Below, in pieces: positions 42,001 through 56,280 of a DNA stretch of 64,000 nucleotides. The number at the start of each line of letters is the position of its first letter. Position 1 is the stretch's first letter. Source of the stretch: Trichoplax adhaerens (lineage: Eukaryota; Animalia; Placozoa). The notes beneath the pieces were generated by a model. The model was not told where the DNA came from, did no database searches, and saw only the letters and a list, made by a program, of their open reading frames with translations. The position numbers were made by a program, and so were the translations under genes. The stretch is taken from the NCBI RefSeq assembly GCF_000150275.1, contig NW_002060947.1, positions 2,920,621 to 2,984,620 on the forward strand, given 5' to 3'.

Positions 42001-45000
42001 AAGAAATTTTCGTAATTTGATTTATTGTATCGAAATTGATTAGAGCATTTAGACTAATATATAAAAACATACTTTTAACATCATCATACAGTTCTTTCAA
42101 TGAAGCTGTAGGAGGAACAAGCCCTGCTCCTGGCTTTATTCCCAAATCTATATCACTATCAATTTTCTGGTACATTCTAATAAGAAAACATTTTTTAATT
42201 GCGTTAGCGAGGCATAAATATTCGATCTTATAGATCTTTAAGTGGAAAATTCAAGTATATAATCATACTGTCTAAGAAAATCGATTAACTCGGGAGCCTA
42301 ATTTATGGATTAAGGATTACAGTGATAGCTAAAAAATTTATTAGCAAATTTCTTAAAATTAGAAAGATTACTTGTCTCGTTGGCGACTTTTTCTGGTATC
42401 CCTGAGATCATCAATGTATTTTCTATATTTGATGTTATTGATATCTCGCTTTTGGGTTTCTTCTTTGCTTAGTGCATAATCAGGATCAATATAAGTATAG
42501 CGATCTGTCCGTGTATACTTTGATCTAAGTAATCGGACAAAAAGTTGATTAGATTAATATCAAACAACTTTTCTCAATCCAAATATTAGTGATATCGTAA
42601 GGTAACGACGTAACTCGCATAACTACTTGAAGACTTGACAAAAAAAATTAATCTTAATAACTTTAGAATTGAAAATAAAATAAAAATCTTGTACCTAACG
42701 CGGGACCTGGGATCTGCCGGTCTCACACTCCCTGGTAAATCATTCGGATTCGCAAGTTGGACATCATCTCTGGATCTATTCTTGCTGGCTACTTTACTTT
42801 GACTTGAATCTATTTGGATATGACCGTTACTAGTCTTTCCTTGCTGATCACGATTTAGTGCAATACAGTTTACTTCAACATGGATTGGAACAGAATGAAT
42901 GATTTTGCCATGATTATCGATAACGTTAAGGTTAATATTATTTTTATACAATCCAAGTTGCTGAGGGCGAGCAGATATAATTATACTTTGTGATTGTAAT
43001 GGTCGAAGTTTTCCTTCGCCTGGATTGGTATAGAAATGAGCAATTTTGCTGAATTTAAATTTTACAGCTAATTCCTTGGATTCATTGGTAATCGTGAATA
43101 AAGCATCTGTTCTTTCACTGACTGTACAACTTCCAAAATCATACTGCATGTCAGGCTTGATAGATAATAGTACAGGTAAGGCACAACCTGTGATGGCGAC
43201 TTCAATGCCTAAAAAAACAAGCACGTAGTCATCATAAGAAATAATTAATGTAGCACAGATTTTCGCTGCTATTACGTGTGATTTTAACTGGAATGGAAAG
43301 TTACATGGCGTTATAATGCTAACTTTCTAGATTTAATGTTTTAATCAGGATATCAAATTACCTTTTTGGCCATCCTGAAGTAGCTTATTTTCTTGCTCGC
43401 TATTGATTAAATTATTTTGCACCAATGTAAATTGCATGTAGATAGCGTAATCGCGCCTTGGGGGAGATTGCTGCTTATTTTTGAAGCCAATTGCTGAGTA
43501 ATGATATTCAGGTTTGAAATGGAAATCAATTGCCAGTTTCTCGTAAGGCTTCAAAATTCCTTGATTAGGGGTTGTTGTAATTAGAGATAAGATATCATTT
43601 GTACGACCATCATGATGAGCTTTTTCCGTTAGAGCTTGGGCAGTTGTTAGGCTAAGATCAGAGTCCTAATATAATAAATATGTAAAGTTGATATGCTGTT
43701 GATGTAATTACTATAAATAGAAGATTATACTACGTAAACAAATCATATTATCGCAAAAATGAAATTGTCAAGCCTTAAGCCAAATAAATTGGTGTTAATT
43801 TTTAATTCATTAAAATTATCATTATTCGATCAAACAACTAAAATTTCTATCTTACAATTGATAGAATTAAAGTGTAGGAGTACTTACAACTTCTTGACCC
43901 AATTGGTCTTCTAGCAGAATTGCAACAAATTGGATTTCATCAGGACTATTATTAAATAGGATTCCTTGTTTTTGTTGCTGAGTACCGTAATAAGTTGGTC
44001 CAAACTCGACACATCGCAGAGGTTGAGTGTCATCGGGATTAAGCAACATTAATTGACGTCTCATAACCTTGCCTTTAATTGACAATTTACTTTCGGGACG
44101 ACTTTCTAACATAACACTATCGAATGATGGTTGTTAGAATAGAGATTCAAATATGATAAGAAGAGCGAATATGCTACTAATATAATAATATAGCCCTAAA
44201 TAGTCTATTTACTTATGTGCTGCAAATCAATAAGTTTAACTAGTTATGCTAAATAACAAGGGTTTGGCCGATAAATTGTTTTAGTTCATTGCGCTATAAA
44301 TTAAACAGAGCTATTTTCAAACTATTCAAGGTTAATATACCTGGCATATTCTTCGAATTCGGTAGCTGTATCCGCGATAAAGTTAACCTATCAATGCAAA
44401 TGTATGATAGTTCAATACATATTTACACTTTCGTATTCAATACAAAATTATCGCCTGATAGCAGTAAGATTTCGTCCTACATGATTTACCCTCAATGCTA
44501 GTTAAAGACATTACCTCAATATCTAATTCGCTATAGGGTTCAACATTGCCTGAACTTGGTTGAATTGTTATTGACTTTGAACCAGCGTAAGATATCTCGA
44601 AATGCCCATTCCTTGAACCTTCATTAATTATTTTAACGCGTTTTTTAAGAATTCTTCCATCAGCAGGTGCAGTACCAAAATCTACGGTTCCTTCAATATG
44701 AAGTAATGGTACGGGACAAATCCTATAGGATAGCACATTAATAATAATGATACGATACTCTTGTCATATGTATAGATAAATTCTTAAACAAATAAAAGAA
44801 ATTCAAGTTGCTTGTAGTGTGGATTGAATCTAATTTTATAGCAAGAGTCATTATTCCTAGTTACCATTAGCTGTATGTCTGATAACTTCCGAGCTAATAT
44901 TGTTTGTATCGCCGTTACTCTGACTTACCCTAAAAGCGGTATTTCAATGACATCATCATCTGCTATAAGTAATATGCGATCCTTATAATGATCATCGGCG

Positions 45001-45368
45001 GCCGGACAATATTCAATCGTCGTCTTTATTAGCAAACCAGGTGCGATACATTTTTTATGAAAGTTTGTAGTGAGTTTGAAAACCTGTTAATGTAGGGTTA
45101 TTAGAAAACTGCGATTAGTTGATTGATTTATAAATCATATAATTCATCATTCTATCTTAGACGGATTTACCAGCAAGTAACACAATTTTATTATTTGGTG
45201 GTTTAGCTTTACCTCCGTTTCAGGTCCAGAAAAACGAAGTGATTTGGATAATCCACTAACATTTTGTAACGTCAAAGTTTGTTTATAAGTCTCATCCGCA
45301 ATCGCATCATTGAATTGAACCACTGATGGAAATATTTTTATGCCTGCTATTACAGATCCACTATCCAT
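30073..45368 (-). CDS. CFAP47: Cilia- and flagella-associated protein 47 (ASH/Ig-like repeats plus calponin-homology domain), many exons
   Basis: N-terminus MDSGSVIAGIKIFPSVVQFNDA...; VEFGPTYYGTQQQKQGILFNNSP; CH region YNMSERILLDWLNYHF...WVVNFSDDLMDGLVLACVLGAYAPF; C-terminal WTYAVKGLPKDYVPP. The order follows human CFAP47 as I recall it. Exons join in frame wherever checked. Confidence 0.9.
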
Positions 45369-45558
45369 GATACTTACAACAATCAAATTTCGAAATAAAA
45401 TGGCTTCAAAATCTGTTGATATCTTAAGTAATGATCAGGATTTAATTTATTTTTGTAAGATATCTATTAAACATCGTTACTCTGAATTACGATAGTGCTC
45501 TTGTACTCGAACTTGTAATTTGCTATCTATACTATGGCAAGCTATGTGGATCATTCGG

Positions 45559-45572
45559 GTTGCCATGACGAC
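45559..45572. promoter_or_regulatory. RFX X-box upstream of CFAP47
   Basis: GTTGCCATGACGAC resembles the X-box GTTGCCATGGCAAC; ~190 bp upstream of the ATG of a ciliary gene. Confidence 0.7.
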
Positions 45573-47852
45573 GCACGATGCGATCCATCGGTAGTTCTCT
45601 ATCTGATAAATGGGTTCATCCGACGGTTGTATATATAATCATATAAGTTTTATGACGTGTTATCGTTTGTGCACAATAAAGGGAATGCGCATAATATGAT
45701 TGTATTATGATCGAAGAAATTCATCCCGGTGACCGCGATTAAATTAGATTGATCCTCAGTTGCATATGTACTGTACTGTACTTTAACCCATATAATGCAC
45801 GCTATATGTGAGTATACTACAGTCTACCGATAAATCCTGCACAGGACTGGTTTACGGTATAAAATTTATCTTATTAGTAACCCGAAGTATATAACTTATA
45901 CATGGGTACCCGACAACTCATAACTGTTCATTCTTTCATATCCAGTTTATGCGAGCTTTAATTAATACGTATGTACTATATACCGATTTCAAATTAGCGC
46001 TTTGTTGACGTACTATTATACCCAACGATTCATAAAAATATCCCTGACTACGATCGAGCTCAAGTGAGCGGGACTTATTTATGTATACTGGAAATATAGT
46101 ACTGATTTTTATTATTGTAGGTTAACATTATATTTATATATTATACTGTTCGTGAAGCCACATAATAGTACAACGTATTTGTTAATTTTCATTTTTAGTG
46201 GAGATGATGAACTTCTAACTGAAGTTAACAATCATAGCAAGTATTAATAATTATAATTAATAAATAAATAACTAGTATTACAAATATATGGCTGATCATA
46301 ATTCATGAAGGTCATCGACGAAGATCATATTTTGTCCATCTTGTACCTCTATGGATTGATAGTTGCGGTACTTGAGTCATAGGATGTGAATAAAATTCGT
46401 ACTAAAAAGACTCTTAAATAGCAATAAGTTCATCAACACCGTACCATCGCTTTGCCATCCATTCATTGTTTGATAATGGTACCTACTTAATTACAATGGA
46501 ACAAATAGACTTATTTAAAGAAATGTAGGAAGCATTCTTATTCACTAACTCACAATTCATCAACGAATTGTAACGTTGAAACGTGACTGAAGTTTGATTT
46601 ATGTTTAGATACTAACTATTCTCACTAAAAATTGCTTTACCAAATCTATCTAGTTCACTTTCTGCAGCAAGATAAATTACTATAGATATCGAACGTTATC
46701 AGTAAGAAGTTACTAGAGTACAAATTACTGTCTGTATTTCTATAATATAAATACATCTAGTAACGCTGTAACAACAACAACTACTAATGACTCAAAGTAA
46801 TAATGATATCGACAATCTAAATACGAACGTTCGTATATAGAGACGCACTGAGATGTGAACGCCCATCGGATTTAAAAATGTTGATAAAACTAACAGTTTA
46901 ACCTCGTAGCACTTCTAATCGTATTTCTTTGTAAATGAAGCTTTGTTCTAATGGCAATGAAGACGTAATCAATGCACGGCGTACATTTGCATTTATAAAT
47001 ACATTTCGTATTTATATAGGGCAAACTAGTGAAATAATTTCGATATCTATACTGTAAGTCATTGCTAAAGTACATCCGATATCAGAATGTCATGTAGTAA
47101 ATATTCATAGAGTATTTTCTTTAATCATAAAATTATAGACTGAAGATAAATTAATGTGGTAAAGAGATAGAGCGGAAATACGCTTTATTAATAGGCTGGC
47201 TTATTAATACTCTTCATGCTTTAAATAAATAAAATAAATTAGGAAACCTGTACCGTGTACTGGTCAGGAACCAAAGACTGCAAATGATAATCCACGAGAA
47301 TATATTTAGCAGAATCAAATATGATTTAAGAAAATTGTATATCTAAGCTATTTTAAAAAGCTATCGAACAAAAAATATAATGTTACAGATCCGCAAATAA
47401 GGGGACGGGATGCTTCAAGTCTGTACTGCACCGATGTATTTAAGTCATTAATTATTTATTGCTGTACATGTCGTAAAAATAGCTTTCAATCATTGTAATT
47501 ATAAGCCGTTACCATTGCTACATTTATTAATGTGAATCGATGTATTCTATTCCGATTATTTAGTTCCAGCCTTATTTTAAATTAATACCGCTTTAGTGTT
47601 AGCTTTATTGTAACCGAGCTGTTGGAGCAGCGATAAAAGTCAAATTGACTCTAATACCTGCAAGTTTTAGACTAATATTACTACGATAGTCCCTGACTTC
47701 ATTCTACTAAACCTAAAACAAAATGCATATCAACAACTTTAAAAATACTACTGTATAGGTCTCTATGCAGATCAACATCAGACAGCATTAACGGTTGAAG
47801 TAGTTTTGCCCAGAACCTTTACGGTTACTTAGCACTTACATCCAATGAAATA

Positions 47853-50702
47853 CTAGTATTTACTTTTACTCGAATTTTTTTCATTACTAGTACACAAGAA
47901 ATCATTGATATATTTACTAATAGAGGTAGGATTTGTTAAATGCAAGTGATGTTTTCCAGGCACAACGATTTGCTTAAACTGTGATTAAAGAATAAGTGTA
48001 AGTTAGTAATCAAACTAGTAATAATTATATAAAACATAGCAATGGCTCATTAGAAAACGGAAAAATGTGATATTTCAGGTAGAATTAAACAAAATTACTA
48101 CCGAGCTGGAGTTTTTCTTATAGGCCTCATGAAGAGCTGAAATATTTTCATAGAGTGTGGATTCGTTAAGAATAATTCCTTCTTCCGCCCTAATAATATC
48201 GTAACAAAATGGTTTAATGATTACTAATCAGCAAAAATGTTGCATTTAGTAAAAATGTACATACAGTATAATCAAACAGTGTGCTTTTATTCTAGAGATT
48301 ATTTCTAACTGCATTTCCAAAGTCAATCGAAGCGTATTCTAAAGAAATAAAATTGTAAACGATTACAAAATATAATGCAATAATATATATAATGTATTCA
48401 TGCAAAGCTTCATTACGTATTGCAGAGCGGGATCACGTACAAAACGGTATCCTAAATAAAATGATTTAATAGTAATTAAATTCAATGTTATCTCACGACT
48501 CAATTTAGGCTCATATGAAGAGAATAAGATATGAAATTTTACGAATAAGTGTGTAAACAACTTTAATCAGCAATAGAATTGAAAGTAGAGAAAATATTGA
48601 CCATCTGCGCTTTTTGAAGTGCCTCTTTTAACTAGAATTCTTGCAGCATCATTAGTGAGGGAGGTATTTATCGATTTCAACCTAAATCAGATGGTATAGT
48701 AGGGATACGAGATTAATGTTGCTTAAGGATTCTTGATGTCCTCTTGATATTTAGAAGTTCCATTGCAGTTTGTTGCTCCATTTATGAGTCAATAGACTAT
48801 ATGAGTACGGTAATATTTACAGACATGATAAGTTTTAAACTATACTAATACCTAGCCACGGCGGCTTCTATATCTGCGTAAGGCTTAGCTATTCTGTGAT
48901 TTTCCTTTACGAATGAATCCATGCCATCAGAAAATAAGTCAATGAGATGTTTCTAAAGAATTTTGTTTATTTATTTAGTAAAACATATCATGACAAAAGA
49001 GGTGAATTCACCAAAAATTATTAAGAATAATTAACTGATCTTACCGGTGTACCAGATATAGCACATATTGATTCTATAATAACTAGCTGCTGTATTTTGT
49101 CCGGAAAGGTACCAGAATACTATACTTACAAGGAAATGAATACTAATTACAATCTTGAGTTAATACTTGATTTATTCATGTGAATTATTACTAGCATCTA
49201 TCGAAGCAGATATAAATCTCTTACCAATGCAGCAATTGAACCACCTATGAGCAATAAACTACTTCAGTCATAAAATATCGTATATGCGAAAGCAGGTATA
49301 CTTTAAGAAGTTTACTTACCAAGGCTATGTGCCATTAAAGAGAATTTATCTAGGTTTAAACCTATTCTTCCGAAAAATAGTGTAGAGCGAAATATTTCAG
49401 TTAGAAATAAGACTCGTTACCAGTAATTTATATCGTAGACTAATACTATATATCTAATAAAATTTAAAATTTATGATTTTGTGTCCGTAATCTAACGGTG
49501 CTTGGTAATTATCTTACAGTGTATCAATCCAATGCAAAATTTTTTAATACACTCGCGCTTTAAGATTACATATGTAGTTGAAGGCTAATCTTATGCAGAA
49601 GTAAGATCTATATCATTCACATAAACTACAGCGATTTAGCAACCTATCGTGTAGAAATAAGGCTTTTATATAGTAATATTTGAAGTACTACGCAAGAATC
49701 GTAATGTCAATGCTAGAAGAAATTAAAGACATAGTTCGGTAGTTGTAAAACGTTAAAGAATAGAAAGTAGTATTTTTGCATACCCTTCGCAAAGAAGTGT
49801 AAACTCATGATGTATCTTTGTATTTCATACATCACACCAGAGGGAAGATTTGAAGATTTGCCATGTCCAGGGAGGTCAATAGCTATAAATTTGATATCTA
49901 TGCCCAGAAATGAGATGAATAATTATTCACGATCTATAATAAATTTGTATCACTCGTAATAACATAAAAAATTAATATCATAAATCAATGATATAAACAC
50001 ATCAGAAAGTTTTGCGATTGATTTCTTTATCTAATAATCTGTAAAATGTAAATTTTAAATTTCATGTCTAAAACAAGAAATGCGGATGTGGTAAGATGCC
50101 TAGCTAGTGACTTATGTTGATGTAGTCGTATTTAATTAATTAACATTTCAATTATTTCTTACTTCTATGATCAATATCAATCAGAGAAACTACTTGATAG
50201 TATCTGTTACTCTTACTTTTTGGTAGCAACGGAATCAATCCATCAAAGGTGTTTGCGTTATCCTGCCAGCCTGTGAAAAGCAACGTCATTACTAATTAAT
50301 TTCGCATCTTCATTAAAAATTGTGTAGCTTAAAAAATCCATGACTATTTCCATATTGGCGCTATACTTTTCCTATAGCTACAATATGACGGATTTATAGA
50401 AAATATCGTTACAATAGGCGTGAAATGGGTAGAAGAGTAAACTATTGACACTCAATAACGACCAGGGGCGATTATCAAATAACTACTCTTGATTGTTCCT
50501 GGACACGTCACGCACCTCAATGCATGCGTGAATATCTGTAGGGATAAGATGCCGTATACATGTGTCCTGCAATTATTCTTATCCATAAAATGTCTGAAAG
50601 TCAATACAATCTTACCATGAACTCCTAATACAGTCCTGGTACCGCCGGTATTCCAACATTTAGCAGCCATTCTACCCCATGGCACCGCAACCGATAGTTC
50701 CT
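47853..50702 (-). CDS. Serine hydrolase-like alpha/beta hydrolase (SERHL/kraken family), copy A; start exon unresolved
   Basis: Exons ELSVAVPWGRMAAKCW...VLGVH|GWQDNANTFDGLIPLLPK|IKFIAIDLPGHGKSS|KFSLMAHSL|GGSIAAL|YSGTFPDKI...|YRFVRDP|...VPGKHHLHLTNP...SKSKY*. Confidence 0.88.
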
Positions 50703-52150
50703 CTAATGCACAGAGAATATGATTTAGGGCGACTAAATCGATATATAGCAAGGGCTAAATTCACTTTAGATCGAAGGCATTATTAGTAAAGTACAAATAA
50801 AACTGACCATTCTACAAACAAAAGATTCTATCCTGCAAATACTTTATTACGCTATAAATGAATGGATGACGAATTCATGTATGCTTCCTGCTACACGTAA
50901 CAAGTGCTATCCTACGTAGTTTACCCAATGACCCCTACTTTAAATACATTCAGGAATTATTTGCTTATCGCTACTGCTGTAGCCTTATTCATATTTTTCT
51001 TTCCAATCTTGCCTATTACTAATGCCTTCTATTTCATTTAAATGATCATACTGCACTATTATATAGTTGAGAATAGAAGTAGGATCTGCAGATATTAGAG
51101 ATGCAGTAATTACAATTAATTAGAACAAGATACAGTACAGAAGTAAAATGCAGTCGAGGTGACAATGATAATTATAATTACTGTATTAAGCTTAGAATAT
51201 TCTTGATCAAATTTCACGACTGTACAGTACAGTACTATCTTATCGCTCTCTACTGTGCTAGTTTGATAACAACAAGTGGTGGGCAAGTGCTTGATGATGT
51301 ATTTGCTTATCTTTAATTATGATCTCTTGGTAATACTCGATAGATTAAAAATTTCGATGTAAAATAGTGCAAAATGTTACAGACTCTTATATACAGTACA
51401 GTATATGAAATGATACTTATAGAGAATTGCATTCAGCTACGTTTTTTTAACGAGATTAGTTCCAACACGGTTGAAAATGCTGCAGATCACTTCTCGTTAA
51501 GAGAACACACTACATTGTAGTAAATGCGCATTTTTACTGGGGTTGAATTACGAAATTCGAATTTTATTTACGTACTAATTTATATTTTAGTTACGTAAAT
51601 ATTAATAAATATCAATAAATATTATTAGTATTATTATATATAAGCGTATAATCTGTTGTAAAATCGTGAGCTGTTATCAATTTCAGCTGTGCTTGTAGAG
51701 TAGTGTACACAGTAGAGTGTACAGTATATTAATCTGTAATTTCAAGATATTAATAGAAACGAAGTTGTAATTTCCATGATAAAGTCATTCCATAATAAGA
51801 TATCCTTATAGTCACCGTATAAAGCCTTTCCTAATCGAGATGCCATCACGAAGTTTCCCAGATAGGGTTCTATACATTAGAATTATGTACAGTTTTAGGA
51901 GATTGCCCAAGCAGATTTTCTCATCCGGATTCAGATGAGAGCCCTCCGGATTTCAGTCATTCAGAATCGCAATAGTTTGTATCAGCTGGCTGTGTGTACA
52001 GTAGATTACTGTACTGTACACTGTACATACAGTACACTACAGTGTGTAAATGCAGCGGCTTATTCTTTTTCCAGTCATTCTACCATATTATACAGTACTG
52101 TACAAGACCAACTTCGCAGCATCATTAGCAGCTAATGTCGGACAGTCTTT

Positions 52151-52506
52151 TCTCTTCTTTAGTACTGTAGTCCCTGCCGTACTGTACTCTGCATACTAAA
52201 AACAGAGTAGCAGGGATTACTAGAAAGAGAGGGACGCATAGTGGGCATTTAATGCAAAATAATAGGGGGCTTATCATTTTTTGGGTCATTCTACGATATA
52301 CTACCACATAAACCGTATACTACGCTATACTGTACAAAATCAACCAAGCGGCTAAAATTTGGATAACAATCGTAGACAGTATAGTGTATCGTTTCAGATA
52401 CGGTTCAGCTGAGATAACCAACAAAGTAGTCAGCCCCCCTCATTTTTGCTATTTTGAACGACCGTTCTGCCCCTTTCTTTCTTCTTAGTACTCCCTGACA
52501 CTACCC
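52151..52506. mobile_element. Degenerate foldback / MITE-like relic with nested inverted repeats
   Basis: 52151-52191 pairs with 52203-52230; 52207-52275 is a degenerate reverse complement of ~52430-52505 (agccccc...ttttgc...ccct...tttct...tagta.tccctg..ctac). Confidence 0.4.
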
Positions 52507-53320
52507 TAAAAGTAGTGTTCTGGCCTTGTCGGGTAGTGGCAAGGCTTCCAAGAGGCACACTGCCCATAGAGTGGCCTTGGTGATTTACCTCTATTACAGT
52601 TGGTTAAGTCATCATGGACTACTAGGTCTTCTTCTAGTAGTTCATAGGTAAGTTAATTAATGAGTATTATATGACAGGCTTAATGCGTAGAAAATCACGG
52701 GTTTAGACATTCCAGGTGTATCTATGACTTCGCAGATATGTATATGCTATAGCATGACGTGGAGCTGCATACCGACCCACGCTTAGTGCAATTGCGAGTT
52801 TAAAGTATTCTTTGTAAGATATACGTAATTCATTCCAGGGTACACTGGTATAATAATTAATAAATAGAATGACACAATACATGTAATATAAATTTTAAAT
52901 ATCCGCAGCTGGTTTATTCTCCTCAAAATCTTCAATTTATATCCATCAATTTTTTTCATTATCAGAATAGATAAATAACATATTGCACATATGGGTACAA
53001 GGAAAGGATAGAGCAAGTATTGTGTCAGTCATTCTTAGTATCTTGTAGTAACCCATAGCAAACAATGGCAAGCTGCAGTGAAACTTTATAGTACTTTTTA
53101 TATTTATCGTATAGTGCTATGGTAATCATTCTTATAATGTTATGCTTAGTACGAATATCACCTTATTACGTTCAGTAGAATATTAAATTATGAAAGAAAT
53201 TCGTTGACCTATTTTAAAATTTAAAGTTTTTACCCTTAGGAGAAATGTAGCAAAACTTCAGTTACTTAAAGTTCTAAGCGGTACCATAGGATATCTAAGT
53301 CGTATCAGTTTATTGCATCA

Positions 53321-56280
53321 TTAAGATGAATCTTCTACGCTGTCATTTAGGAAGTCACAAATAATTTGACTGATAGATTCTGGATCAGTCAGGTGTATGT
53401 GATGTTTGCCAGGCACGGTAACTTGCTTGTACTAAATCCCATTTAAATGTAACAATGGCGAATAGAAATGATATAAACATTGGTATATTAATATTTTGTT
53501 GCATTTCAGTGTTGTATGGTAGCTCATCAATACTAGTGTTGATGGTATTTATATGGCTATTTAAGAATGATGTTATGTTAATGCTTCGTACAACACTAGC
53601 ATAACTATAAAGATTTCCAAGATTCTTACCAAAGATGTGCTTTTCTTGTAAGCTTCAAGAAGACGGGCTAAAACTGCAGCATCAACGCCTTTGAGTATAA
53701 ATCCATCCTCTGCTCTATAAGTAGCATATTATATTTTAATAGCACTTCGAATACTATTTAGTTCCAGTGGTATATTTAAAGATCACCTACAGAACAATTA
53801 ACGTTTTCGCTTTAATCCTGGAGACTATTTCTAGTTGCACCTCTCGCGCCATTCGAAGGGTACTCTATAAAACGAAGACGTGTATGTAATGGTATGATTT
53901 GGAATAATTTTACGGCATTTAGCTGAGAGTACATTCTTACTTGATACAATACCGGATCTCTAACAAATAAATAGCCTTAAAAAGAAGAAAATTCGGTTAA
54001 CTTATAGATTGTAAAGAATTATTGACTATAGTACTTTGATCATAAGATAACCAGTAAAGCGATTCTGAATACAGTGAATTGATTTAGCTACAAAAGTTGA
54101 ACATAAAAATATGTAAGTTAGTTTTATAACTAACCATTTTCCGATTTGACTGTGCCTCTGTCAATTAGAATTTTTGCAGCGTCATCTGTCAAAGAATTGT
54201 TTGCTAGTTTCAACCTAGAGAAAAGGTCGTTAATGACGCAGTAAAGTATATCTTATTCTAAATTTTATTAATGTTGCGCTAAACTAATATAAGTATGCTT
54301 GTGTTTTATACGGCAATATTATGTGATATAAGTTAACAACTTAAACTAACCTTTCGACGGCTGCGTCAATTGATGGATAAGGCTTTGCCGTTCTGAACTC
54401 ACCCTTTACGAAAGAGTCGAGACCTTCAGAAAATAAGTTCACTAATCTTTCCTGTTATTGAGAAGAAAAAGGATTAAAGATTCTGATGATGGGTAGCTTT
54501 ATACATGAATATAAACTAAACATTTTCTTACTGGTTCTCCCGATGCAGCACATATCGATTCTAGTATAATTAATTCGTATACATTATTAGGGAAGGTACC
54601 GGAATACTATGAAATGGCGTAATTCATGTTTACGTAAGCTACCGTTAAAAGGTTATATTCGTTTTATATCAGATCCAAAAATTACACAGTAAGCAAAAAA
54701 ACATACCAAACAGCAGACAGCACCACCTACAAGAAGGTTAGATAGATAAGTTCAACAAAATGAGAGAAAAGGAAGTATACATAAAGTAGGCAAGGTTAAG
54801 GTTGCTTCACCGTGTATTAAACTAAGAGACTGATATGATATTTACCTAAGCTATGCCCCATTAACGAAAATTTATCTAGTTTTAAACCTGTCAGCAATTA
54901 AGATACAAAAATAAAATGCAATCAGGAAAATCGTTACACAACGGATGAGCCTGGAATCATAGAAATATTTGAATGAAATAACGATGAGAATAACAACGTT
55001 AACAAACTGGATAATCGTATTCCAACAATAAGGATGAATAGTACGTGTAGCTGTACGAAATAGTTAGTTCTGGTAAACCCATTTTCATCAATCAATCTAT
55101 ATACGTATATAAATCTATAGCTACAGTAACTATATAATTTTATTCGTGGTGTATGTAAACGATACTGCTGGAACGTCCGATGATTGCTTGTAACTAGTTA
55201 AAAAGTAATTACATCGGATACTATACAGCGTAATAAGTACCTAAAATACTTATTATATCAATCCATCAGTAAATATAGTAATGGTATAGATGTTACTGAT
55301 CCGCAATGTGCCAGCTTACCCTTGACAAAAAAGTGCAGACTCATGATGTATCTTTGCATTTCGTACATAGTTCCAGGAGGAAAATATGACGATTTACCAT
55401 GTCCGGGGAGATCAAGGATAATGTATCTAATACCTTAAGAGGCAAAAGCCATTAATGTTATCAAGCTTGGAGATCAATAGAAATAATATGAAAACCCAAT
55501 ATGTAATACCACAGCATATACATTATTGCAATAAGTTATTAATGGTACTTGTACATCAAGATTGCAAACCTTTCGGTAATAGTGGGATTAATTTATCAAA
55601 TGAATTAGCATTATCTTGCCATCCTATTAACAGGAAACACAAACCATCGATATTATATACTGTGCAAATCAATGCAAGAAATGCGTATCCTTTTACAGGA
55701 AATGAATTCATATACTCTATAAAATCACCCTGTCCTATTGAATGATTGTATAACTATTATTGTACCTGCACACTTCATGTAGAGCATTACTATATACCCG
55801 TATAATGTACTGTATAGCTAATACAGTATGTTCTAGTAACATAAACCAACCGTGAATTCCTATTATTATCTTTGTGCATTCTGAGTTCCAGCTTTTAGCA
55901 GCCATAGTACCCCATGGTACTGCTACTGATAGTTCTTCTGTGAGTTAATTGATTTCAATAGCATATTAGTAACAATTAGCTACTAAAATATTTCATTTTA
56001 TTAGAATTTGCAGATCTATTTGCAAATCCTGACTAACAGCCTGACGTAAAGTACGGTATTAGATTCAATTTTTGTACGGTATGTGCAATGCTATATAGTT
56101 ATATAATTATTCCTAGCTAGATTATAGGATAATGGTATAGACCCACTGAATATAGAAAAACACAGTTCTATAAAATTATCAACAAATACATATCCCATAA
56201 AGGGCTAAAGATGAATGATATTAGCTAACTTTGGCAACGCATAACACTTGTGCTAAAAGTCGGGGACAGCTTGAAAGACA
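53321..56280 (-). CDS. Serine hydrolase-like alpha/beta hydrolase (SERHL/kraken family), copy B
   Basis: Same exon layout as copy A: ELSVAVPWGTMAAKSW (from 55937), GWQDNANSFDKLIPLLPK, DLPGHGKSS, KFSLMGHSLG, YLFVRDP, VPGKHHIHLTDP...DSS*. First exon MSFKLSPTFSTSVMRCQ (~56280) is tentative. Confidence 0.88.

Noticed and set aside
46300-47830. Exon-like minus-strand segments with GT/AG signals downstream of SERHL-A
   Set aside because: I could not join them into a stop-free frame or recognise a family. They may be UTR exons, a lncRNA or a decayed gene; RNA-seq is needed.
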